The notes below the pieces were generated by a model. That model did not search any database, was not told where the DNA came from, and saw only the letters and a list, made by a program, of their open reading frames with translations. DNA of 64,000 nt from Podarcis vaucheri (Eukaryota): assembly GCA_965113315.1 (NCBI GenBank), contig OZ220367.1; one strand, written 5' to 3'. Position 1 is the first letter of the stretch. Each line of letters starts with the position of its first letter. Position numbers and translations under genes: made by a program. Shown here piece by piece: positions 25,989 to 37,900 of the stretch.

Positions 25989-28900
25989 GTAAGTAAATGG
26001 TTGGAGTTTTCCTTATTTTTTGCCACTGTTTTCATGGCCTGGGAACTTGAGGGTATGCAGAGCTGCTGGAGGAGAACTCAATTCATCCTTGGTGTTTATA
26101 AGTTTATAACACTTTCCTAGGATTTTTAGTTAGCAATTGGTTGGTTGGTTGAGGCAGCTTTTCCCATGGAAACATGGTGAGCGTATTTGCACAATACAGT
26201 TAAATTTCTTAAAAAGTCATTTTCTCTCCTTAAGGAGCTTTGTGATCTGTAGTTTGGGGGGAGGGGGAGGGGGGAATCTCCTCCCCCTGACCAGAGGCTG
26301 TTCTCAGCATTATCCAGCTAAGGATCCTGGTGGAGAAAGCCATGTAAAAAAAAGAAGAACTTCTTGGATAAAATCAGTAGAACATTGCTGTGCAGATATG
26401 GCCTAGATACTTTTGTTTGGTTGTTGAACTGTCAGCTTTCTCACTTTGCTGGTCAGATCTTTGTTATTATACACTGCATTTTGAATTTTCAAGCTTTTAT
26501 TATTTGGATTTGGACTGGGGAGACCTCGGCTCAAAGCTCACTTGGTAGCCTTAGGCTAGTCACTCTGTCTTTGTTAACCGGCTTCGTAGGGTTATTTTGA
26601 GGAGAAACTATACCAACCTGAGTTACTTGGATTAGAGGAAATTCATGAAAATAAATATAAATAGCAAAACAAATGCAGATTGCTGCATCCAGTGTTTTAA
26701 AAATGCACTTTCTGAGTATACACCTTCGTAAATTCCTTAAGACAGCGTACTGATTTCCAGACCTCAGGGAAATAATTTGATCGTGCCATTTCAACAATGA
26801 GGGGCTTATCTCCCACAAAAATTAAGTGAATAAATTTTCATCTGAGGTGTGTTAGAAAGTATCCACCCTTAAACTGGGATGACATTTGGCAGTGGCTTAA
26901 GCCTCTTGGTTTGCATACTGCTGTGATTGTTGAGTATTTAGGTACAGTCATAAATTGATTTCCAAATGCCTTGTGACTCGAACGTTTTGGCTCCCAAACA
27001 CCGCAAACTCGGAAGTGAATGTTCCAGTATGTGAACTTTTTTTCGAAGCCAAATGTCCGCTGTGGCTTCTGTGGCTTTTGATTGAGTGCGAGAAGCTCCT
27101 GCAGCCAATCGGAAGCCGCACCTTGGGTTTTCAAAGGTTTTCGGAAGTTGAACAAACTTCCAGAACGGATTCCATTTGAGAACTCATGCTACTTGCCATT
27201 TCATTTTGTCCCACTCTTATCAAGCTTGATAAGAGTGGGACAAAATGAAATGGCAAGTAGCATGAGTATTGTTATATCTCAGAGGCCCCTCTGAGGAGGA
27301 GTCTAATCGGTATTTCTTTCAAAATAATAATTGGTTTCCCATCAATTACCAATTTTTTCTGGTAACTTTCTCTCAGAATCATATTTCTCATTTCTGTCGA
27401 TTTAAAAATCACTAAGCAGTCACCTGGGGCTTTTTTCAGTCTGTTTTGTTTGGGTTTTATTTTTATTCTGAAAGCATTTTCTATTGTTTGTGCGACCTCT
27501 TCTTCTTTCAGTACGAGCCACGCCGCAAGTTCTTTAACAATTTTTCCTTTTATATCTTCCTCTCTTTCTTCCCCTATCCCTCTAAATTTTAAATTTAGCT
27601 GCTTTTGTTTCATCTCCATCAAGGCTAAATTATCTAAGACCTGATCTTGGGTTTTACTCAGTTCTCCAAAATTTTCTTTAGCTTTTTCAGCTTCTTTTCT
27701 CTGGTCTCTTAAATCTTTCTGTATTTTTTTGTTTATTTCTTCTAAAGACTTTGTTCTAACTGTAAGGTCTTTTATCTTATTTGAGAGTTCCCCTGTAACA
27801 ACTTCAATCTTTTTATCAAACGATTCTTGCATCTCTCCTAACTTTTTTTCTATACGTGTTTCATTTTGCCTAAATTCCTCTTTTATTTTCAACCATAATG
27901 CATCTAGGTCTTTTATTTCCTCTTGCCTTGAGGTTCTTCTGTCCATTGGGGTCCCCACAGATTTCTTCCCGTCTTTCCCCGACATCTGTTCACCCTCCTC
28001 CTCTCCTCACCCCCTCCCTTCCACAATCAATTAATCTAGAGGTTTGTAGCTTTCCCGAAGCGAGACATACAATCTTGAATCTTATAACTGTCACAGGGTG
28101 GGTTATAACCTACCCCTTAATTCAATTAACACACTCTTTCTATATTCTCTAACTTATTTCTCTTCCCTGTTTAAATAGTATTTGTGTTATCCTTTGAGTC
28201 AACGTACAGTTGCCCCGTCTATTTCCACAAACCGTACACAATTTGTTCCCTTGCACCGTATTAGAAGCCTTCCCCTCTAATTTGGGGATCTTTACAGTTA
28301 CCTAATAACCAAGATAGGGACGCAGGTGGCGCTGTGGGTAAAAGCCTCAGCGCCTAGGGCTTGCCGATCGAAAGGTCGGCGGTTCGAATCCCCGCGGCGG
28401 GGTGCGCTCCCGCTGCTCGGTCCCAGCGCCTGTCAACCTAGCAGTTCAAAAGCACCCCCGGGTGCAAGTAGATAAATAGGTACCGCTTACCAGCGGGAAG
28501 GTAAACGGCGTTCCGTGTGCTGCGCTGGCTCGCCAGATGCAGCTTTGTCACGCTGGCCACGTGACCCGGAAGTGTCTCCGGACAGCGCTGGCCCCCGGCC
28601 TCTTGAGTGAGATGGGCGCACAAACCCCAGAGTCTGTCAAGACTGGCCCGTTCGGGCAGGGGTACCTTTACCTTTACCTTTAATAACCAAGATAAATTTC
28701 AGTTAGGAGGATAATATGCAAGATACCAAAAATAAAAAGGGGGGAAGGGTTAGGAGGTACTGAAAGAGTAAAATAGAGGGAGAAAAACACAAAGGGGAGC
28801 AATAAAAGAATAGTGCAGTCCAAATAACACAAATAACACGGGGACTTCTCTTTAAATCTCCGCTACTTGTTTAACTTAGTCCGTTCCCTTGTATTGCAGG

Positions 28901-31900
28901 CTCCTGTCCTACCAAAGTTACCTTAAGTCCGAGATCAGGGAAGGTCAAGAACACCGATGATGCTGGGGAGATAGGGTGGGGTAAGAGAAGGGGGGGAGAG
29001 CAGACAGGGAGGGCAACCAGGTAAGTATGCGGGCGGAGGTCCAAACGGCTTTAAAACTGCTCAACAAAGTCTGGGTGAATTTCTCACGAGGAAGTAGGGA
29101 AATCAAATTTGAGGAGTAAAAGTCTCAGGTTCAAATTCGGAGAGTAAGGGTCTAAATTCCAGTTCCAGGAAGAAAAAAAAAATAAGGGTCCAAATCCCGT
29201 TCCAAAAAGAAAAGAGGTTGCAAGCGCCAAAAAAAAGGGGGGGCTGGCCCCACGATGCAAGGTCAGTCCAAGAGAAGAAAGGAGAAAGGAGACCGGAATG
29301 AGATGGAAAAGTCTTTCAAAGTCTCTGAATCCTTCAGGAAAAACCAGCTTCGGGCGCGTGCAATCACGCAACTGCTAACCGGACCTCTGCCCTCAAAGGC
29401 AAACTGTCTCGTCTCACACGTCCGAGCTTGTGCGCTATGTCCCTTTTATTGTTGAGGTAAAATGGCAATAGGCTGAAAAAAAAAAAAAGGACTGGAGAGC
29501 TAAAAAGGAAAATGGAAGAAAAAAAAAGACCTGGGAAGGTAAGTACGGAGAATCTGGGTCGCTCTTATCCCCCCGTCGCAGGGGCTGGGGGGGGGACTTT
29601 GCCTCGCCGTCTCCCTGAGCCGATTTACTCTCCCTTCCCCCTTCGTTCGTCTTCTCCACTTCCACTCGTTCCTCCCGATTCTCTCTTCAGCCTTTAACTT
29701 TCTATTCAAGCTCTCCGACAGTCCGCTTCTCGATACAAAGTCACAGATACAAAGTTTTTAAAGTTTCATTTCATTGTATATCTTTTTTTTCTAGTTACTT
29801 TGCCCCGCGGAGTCTCCAACGGGGGCTTCCCTCTCTTAGTTCTACAGCTGGTGAGTTTTAGTTACTTTGTCTCACTCTTCCAATTAACTCCCAGCGCCAT
29901 CTTAACTCCGAGATACAGTCGGGCTCCTTAAAATTAGTCCGTTAAGTTCTGTTGCGTCTTGGAGTCCTTTCTTCTAATCTTATACTCCAACATTTATTTG
30001 GCAACTCCAGAAGCGACAGTTTTAAAAGGTTTCAGAAATTTGTCGCCTCTTTCCAGTGGGAGCTTGAGACATAGCTGCGCGGGGTCGCAGAGCTTACCAA
30101 ATTGCGTCTTTCGGTCCCGTTGCTCCGGAGTCCTCCCAAAGGAGGGGAAAACTCCAAAAAGCTTCGAACCTTTCCGACGCTGCTGGAAGCGTTTCCCTCC
30201 AGGGGGCCCCCCTGGAGGTTTTGGGGTCGCAGTGCCTTTGCGTTGCCCCTCAAAATCCCCGTGCAGTTCGGAGAAGTCGTGCAGCAACTTCTCCGCGCTC
30301 CCGCACTGCTTGCGAGCCAAACCGGAAGTCCATAAATTGATTTCCAAATGCCTTGTGACTCGAACGTTTTGGCTCCCAAACACCGCAAACTCGGAAGTGA
30401 ATGTTCCAGTATGTGAACTTTTTTTCGAAGCCAAATGTCCGCTGTGGCTTCTGTGGCTTTTGATTGAGTGCGAGAAGCTCCTGCAGCCAATCGGAAGCCG
30501 CACCTTGGGTTTTCAAAGGTTTTCGGAAGTTGAACAAACTTCCAGAACGGATTCCATTTGAGAACTCATGCTACTTGCCATTTCATTTTGTCCCACTCTT
30601 ATCAAGCTTGATAAGAGTGGGACAAAATGAAATGGCAAGTAGCATGAGTATTGTTATATCTCAGAGGCCCCTGATTTCAGGGGCAAGCTGCATCATCACC
30701 TTTTAAAACAATCTGTTCACATTCCCCTCCTCCTGCTCCCACAGTCAAATCTGCCAATTCATGTACCTCTTGAAGGAGGAGAATGTCTGACATACTCAAC
30801 TTTAGTCACACGATAAAAAGTTATTGAGTCCTGCCAGCCTATTAAACCAGTTATGCTGACCTGTAATTGCATTGCACCTAGTAGACAGGCAGTTCCCATG
30901 TACGTGTAAACCCTGGAAGGTTGCTTCTAAATAGCTTGCTCTATTCTTTCCTGACCTTTTAAATGCATACAGCACAACATGCATGTTTGATCTTTCCTTT
31001 ATGATGCTTGGGGGGGCATATTTATCCTTCTATGTATCTATGAATTAGGGGCAAATTCTGAAGGTTGAAGGATTCCAAATACAAACACCAGCTTAAAAAC
31101 AAACAAACCAAAAACTTGTCACATTTAAATTGGGACCAGCTTGAAACTGCATTTGTCTCCTGCTCCTGGCACTAGCCAGCCCTCCCCTGCTGGTTTCCCC
31201 TTTTTCCAAACAAAAAGTAATAGTTATTTTGGGGAAGAGAAGGGATAACCAGATGTGTGGTCTGTCCTTAGCTGGAAATTATGCCCTCCCACCCAAGTAT
31301 ATGTAGGAGTTTTCTATGCCTCCTGAATTGAATCAGGAGACAGAGAAAAGCATAATCACCGTGGTCTTTGGCTATCATTTTCTGCCAAGGACTGTGAGAT
31401 TTGCAGTTTGGTCTTTCAAATCAATTCAAGAAGGGGGAATTGCACAATCTGCAACAAGAAAATACAATATTTCAATAGTGGCCCATATATTACATGATCC
31501 TTGCCTTTTGGTGCCATTATCCAGGTTATACCCAAGATTGGTGTGCCATTCTTGCCCCATTTCATAGAATCATGGAGTTAGAAATGACACTGAGGATCAT
31601 CTAGTCCAGTCCCCTGCAATGCAAGAATAGGCAGCTGTCGCTTACGGGGATCGAACCTGCAACCTTGGCATTATTAGCACCACACTCTAACCAAGGGAGC
31701 TATCCAGCTGTCTCCTTACACTGCTGACATAATTAACAATGGAAACAAAAGTTGTTTTTATGCAGTCTTTGCGCAGATTAAATTCTGGGGCCATGTTAGC
31801 ACACCGTTATAACGACCAGCTACTTCCTCACCATTCCCAAGCAGAAATTGTCCCACACCCATGTCTCCAACTGGATACAAATTCCAGAAAGGCACAAAAA

Positions 31901-34900
31901 GATCACTTGGAGCATAACAAGTTTCCCCCCCCCCATCTTCTTCTGGCCACGCTGGAGGGTAACAGGAAAACTACAAGGGTGGTTAGTGGGGGGGAAAGGA
32001 GAGAGAAGAGGTACACACAGTTCCATAGAGGATTCTGTGCATACAGGACTTCATTTGCCTAGTACCCAGGAAAATATGCGTACTCGCAAGACTTCAGCTT
32101 TCTGGAGGTTAGGAATGGAATGTCCTTAGCTGCAACCCTTGATGCCCATTGCAAGCAAACATTTCAGAAAAATATTCAGACAAAACATTCTGGATAGAAC
32201 AGAATGAGCTGAAGGGGGAAAAATTCTTCTTCGTCTTCCTTAGAAGTTATCACTGCATTCTTGGTCCTTAAGTAACAGTTACTATTTTAGTCTTCCCTTT
32301 TACGTGTTCTTTTCCTGTTCTCCTCCACCCCTCCTTCAATTAAGCGTGTCTCTTAGCAACAAGTTTAGGAGCTATAGGAATCCACTTCGACCTTTTCAGT
32401 TTCAAGGCCCCAATCCTTCTTTTGTATCATCTTAAATTGGGCCAAGGGTTCATGGGGTTTTCCCCTTCTCCCAAATTCTCCCCAGCTGCTGGAAACTAAA
32501 TGGGGTGTAATTTTCAACCCCAAAGATTCCACAGCCTCATTTTGTTTGCACAACCATGGTGGCACAGAAAAAATATCATGATAGTTGCATGTGGCCTCCA
32601 TGCATGTTGGGGCTGCATCTGAATAGTCCCTTAGGGGAGTGGCTGGTGCTACCATCTAGCATTAACTGGGTCCTGTGTCTAAAAGTTGGAACATTTGTCC
32701 GGCATCTGCCCAGGATGATGTTTTGGTTGACACTGATAGTTGTCAGTGGTTGGTGAATGTTTGGAATGGTCTCATCTGTGTAAAACTCCACACACATAGA
32801 AAACAAGCCTTTTTGGTGGGGCAGGTTGGGGAAGTTGAGCTATCTCTCTGACTTTCAGCATTTCTGCATGCATGCATGGGTTTTTTGCTTTTCATACAAG
32901 ACAACAATTCTGCCTTACAGCCTGGGACCTGCAACCTTTGTAAAGCCTCAACTAGTGTGCTTCAACACTGTTGCTATATTTGGGTGGGATTCAGGTTACA
33001 CTATTAATGTTGACTTGGGGCTCCTATGCAACAAACCTCTGTCCCCACCCCACTCCAACGATTGGATTTTAATGATAAGGAAAGTGGCAAGAAGCACTGG
33101 AAAGTTGGAATAAGATTTGCTTTGCTTAACCTCTTCACAAACAAATCAGAATGAATGCTCCATAAACAGCCAACGTCTAACATGACTGCAAACCTTGTGC
33201 AAACAAATCAGGATGAATGCTCAATAATGAACAGGTCATCTGGATCCAACTTTTATTTCAGTCCTCCTCTTTCTAGAAGTCTATTAATCTATTTAAAAAG
33301 GAAACTGCTTCTTGAGGCAACATAAGCAGTTTTGAGCGGGGGCAGGGGGGACTTTCAGCTGTAAATTCACTTGCAAACTCGATCGCTTCCCTCATTTTTT
33401 CCCATCCTAAAAATCAAATCAGTGTAGGTTGTTTTTAGAAGAGAACCCAACTTGTTTTTCAGCTCTCACCCTTTCTAAGTTCATACATCATTACTCAAGA
33501 GCTGGCTTGAGTCTGTCCTTTTTAAGGAAAGCACACGCAGAGGAATGCAGTACGTTAAGTGTTCTCTTGCTGTAGTATGCATTTTGCAGTGTTTTAAAAA
33601 AATGACATTCAAATTACATTAATCACAGGCCACTAAAATAAGCTCATCAGCTGCTTCCCTCCAACTCACTGTGTGCAGACTTCCATCCAGAACAAATTGT
33701 TCACTCCTGAACCACTCTCACAAAAATGGAGTTGGCAGTAGGGCTGGGCACACACGCCTCCATTCTGAAATGGATCTGGTCCCCAAACCAATTGTGGGAT
33801 GGGGGAGAAAGCCCTAATGTTTTGTTAAAGTTTTAAACCCTAACCAAAAGGGGGCAAGGGAGAAAGGAGGCCCTTTGTCTGCCCCCTCTCCCTCCAACCC
33901 CACTGCAGGCTGTTGGGATGTTGTTTGCCAGCACATTCCCTGCAGGGAACATACTGGTGAAGGAGACCCCCGCAGCCAGCAGGACTGAGCCCTCTGCCCA
34001 CTGGGATTTAACCAAATCTGGTCACATTCCTAGTTTGCAGTGTCCACTCTAGGCTTGGCTGATGTATCAGTACATCACCCTGGACCATTATGAGGGCCAG
34101 AGCACGATGGCTGCTTCACCCGGTGGTATTTCGTGGGTGAAGCATCTGCCACTCTTGAGTACCTCTTCTCCTATAAACACATTTTAACAAGGGTGTGGGG
34201 GGAGGTCTTTGGGATCAGGGCTTCTGTTGGGTGCAGACTGGGGGATTCAGATGCTGGTTTGGGCTCCCAGTTGCCTAACCCCCCTGTAAAGGAATACTGG
34301 ATTATCTAAGGGCAAAGTACCCTCCCACACCCTTATTACCCACACTTCCAGCATGTCTGCGTGCAGCATTGGCATAATAAGTGATAGTGTATTTGAGGCC
34401 ACCTCACTGTAGACATTTAAAAGCCGTTACCGGGATTGCAAGTGGGCTGATTTTCTTATTTTACAGGGGTTTGGTACAGAACGTCTCAAATCACCTTCCC
34501 AGACACTGTTGCCTGCCTACACATGGCAGTATATGAGATTGGGGTCAGGTAGGCACAGGTTTGGACGCACTCCCACATGAATGCAATCAAAGATGTTGTG
34601 AAAGCTAGACCCACCCACCCCTCAGTGTCTTAAACGGTTTCCCTGGTTTCCTTTTAACATATGGAAACCTATTCAAAACGTTAGGGACACTGCGTGTGCC
34701 AACCTTTTCAGAGAAGTGTCTCTCTCCAGACTGTGTGTGGGAGGGCTCAGCTGTAAAGTATTCCCCGCATAAAAGCCTCTCTGCACATTGGAAGTTAACA
34801 CATTAAGGAAAAGACATTGGATTTTGGGGTGCTTTCCAGGCATTGCTCCCTACCAAGCATTCTGAGCAGGCGCAACTTCAGGAACAGATTTCACCCAATT

Positions 34901-37900
34901 TATATTTGGTATAATTGACTTTCTTACAAAGGAGCTCAGTGCGGAATTTCTGATTCACAACAACAGTGCCAGGAAGGTTTCGCTAAGAGATATTGGACTT
35001 GCCCCTTCATAGCCAAATGGGAATTTGAACCTGAGTTTCTTGTATCTAACCCGACATTCTAGCTCATAAACTTGTGACTATTTGCATGGAGGCTGTTCCC
35101 GCCCCCCGCCCCCGCATAAGTGTTTAGTCCTGGTTTTCCCCAGGTATTTCCCCATCTTCTGAACACTGGGGAAATGCCACATAGGCCTCTGTAGCTTCTT
35201 GTTTTGCAAACCTTTTGTCCACGAGAAACAAAACACGTTGGTCTCAAATGCAGAACCACTCCCAGAGACAGTGAAACCTCTGGCCTACACAAACAGTAAT
35301 TGAGGCTGAAAAATTGTTACTAGACTAGACTTGTGCTATTTTAGACTGCAGGTGATAATAAGGGACGGAGTATGTTTGAATGGTTTCTCCCACAACACAC
35401 ATACACAAACAAACACTGCACGTTAGACACTAACCTGTAAAAGCAAAGGTTAGGTTAGAATCATTCTCCCAGATGTGCAAGATCTCTTGCGGCATTATGA
35501 AGAAAACAGTGCAAACATATGGCAGGAGAGCAGCAGGTGGAAGTATATTAGAACAGCGTAAACGCTTTGACTATTTTTCTCACCTACCAACTTGTGGAAG
35601 GTAACTCTCTGCAAGATGGAGTCTTTTATATCAACGGAGGCCCCCTGCATTTCTGAGAATGGAATATTCCTTCCAAACCTAGTAATATGGGTTGTGTTTG
35701 TTTGGGATTTATGTCTTCTGAATGTACAGTGTAAAAAATAAATTAACCCCCCCACACACACAATTTGATCTTTCTCGGCAAACAAGATGGCTAATAATAT
35801 AAACAAATTTTTTAAATGTAAAGGTATTAAAATATTTTCATGATTCCTTAGTGAACCTCGGAGTCTGATGCCTTAGACAACCTTCTTGATTGTGATAAAT
35901 GGAGAAATTGGTGGCCCTGTCTGTATTGACAGCCTTTGTTATTCATGGCTCCCATCCCACAGCATTTGAAAAGCCAGCATTCGGACTGGAGTTATCTCAG
36001 CTTTAGACAGCAATTTCCTGCTTTATGCAGACTGTTCAGAATAGAGTCCCAAACTAGACTTAGTGCAGGGGACTGAATTATAACATGCTGTCCTCAGAAG
36101 AATGTGGCCTAGCTTGTTGGAAGAAGGGTCACTGACAGGGCAGAGCTGCTTACATGTCAGATTCTTTGCACTGACACATGTAGCAAAAACTTCTGCGTGA
36201 CACATGCCAACACCACTGTTACCAGTTTTCTCCAGTAGAGTGAGGGGGGAATTTATTCAGTTTTCCAAGATAAACCTCTTTCAGTTCTTCCTAACTTCAA
36301 GAGTTGGCATGGAGGCAGCACAAAGCAGCAGGCAATTGGCACACTACCATGAAGGACTATAGCCACACCTGTCCATTTTCCCTTTCATTCCCTCCAACAT
36401 TTGACAGATGGAAACGAGGAACAGTCTTGCAGCACCCTTATTTGCAGATCAAGGAAGAGCCTAAGGCTCTTTTCCCCCACTCAGATTTTGCCGAAGACTT
36501 TCCATCACAATGTTGCATCCATTAACTCCACAGCAGCCTGCCTGTCCTGCTCTGGCTTCAGAAGCAGGGTATAATAATAATATTTTATTGTTTATACCCC
36601 GCCCATCTGGCTGAGTTTCCCAGCCACTCTGTAGCTGACCAACTACAACAATTTCCTCTTAAAAACAAACAAACGTGAGAATGTTTAATCACTCAGCGAA
36701 ACTGGTTGTGTTCATTGCATAATAGCAGCAAGAAGAAAGATGTTGATCTTTCAGTATCATAATATGTTGGTTTGGAGACAGGAGATGGGAGTGGAAATAA
36801 CTGAGGCCCACGTACGTGTGGTTGCAAACATGTGCTCTAGAATCAAAATTCATCTGTCCAAGCTCTTCCCAGGGCCACCTCAGGGTTTCAAGGGCAAAAC
36901 ATGGGAGACATAAACAGCCTCCTGATCGTTTGTTGCTGTTTTTGGAGAAGCAGCCTTGGAAGCTGCAGTTGTGAGCTGAAGAGGGGGCAGCTTAACCTTT
37001 CCTGCTCAAAACCCACACCAAGTTGTTGTCTTGCTCCCAGGGGGAAATATATGGAGTCCCCACATCTTTTCCTCTGCAGAAAGTTAAACAGTCCAGGGAG
37101 GTTATTTCTAAGCAACCAGCAGCAGGAGGGGAAAGGATTAAGTACCCCCGCCCCAGCCTTTCCTCTGCTCACACAGCTGCTCTTCAGTTTTGCGTTAAAA
37201 GTCAGCAAACTGCTCACAATAGTCTTGTGAAATACTCAGTTTGGGTTTGAGTTGCAGGTGCCCAGGAGCAGGGTGGGAGACAGAGAGATGAAAGGCAAGG
37301 CACTCCAGTCAACATATATGTACGCGAGTAACAACGTTTTAAATAAGCACCCCCAGCATCTCCCTCAAAGGCAATTACGGACTATGGGTTGGTTCCAGAC
37401 TGTTAGTTGAACCTAGGCCTCACTAGGACAGATTAGACAAGACGCGAGTCCCATTGGTTTCAGTGGGAACTAAGTTTGACCAACTTAGCGTGCGTTCCAA
37501 CCCAATGTTTTACCAATGACAACCATAACACAGATACCATCTCTGATAAATGCTTGTTGGAATTCTGTGCCATCACAGAGAAAGTAAATCTACTCCATAC
37601 AAGAGAAACAGGGAACCTCTGGCCCTCTTGTTGCTGGACTTTTAACTGCCTCCATCTCTGTCCACTCTGGCTGGGGTGATGGAGTCCAGCAACTTTGTTG
37701 CAGAGAAGATGGAACATGAACTCAACATGGGCGTGCTATCTTCAAGTTCATGTTCTGTAATGTTTGCTTCAATTTACATTGTGTCCTGACACCATTACAA
37801 TGTGTGTGTTTTTGTCCCACCAAGCAGTTATATAAAGTGAGGTGGGGGGAAAGGCTCATTGTAATGTCAGGGTAGGTGTTCACTTGAACTGGAAGCTTGG

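Noticed and set aside
27222-27227. Hi-C ligation junction at the palindrome centre (HindIII site)
   Set aside because: A filled-in HindIII junction would read AAGCTAGCTT. The centre of any perfect palindrome is itself a palindromic hexamer, so AAGCTT is uninformative.
29959-30561. Overlapping 150-200 aa ORFs on both strands at the L1 5' end
   Set aside because: They cross the L1/repeat junction, mostly use non-ATG starts, lie in GC-rich stop-poor sequence and show no recognisable domain.
26949-30672. LTR retrotransposon or ERV interpretation of the 342-bp direct repeats
   Set aside because: There are no TG...CA termini, PBS, PPT or outer TSD that I could find. The internal ORF is L1 ORF1p-like rather than gag/pol, and the repeat starts inside an old MITE.
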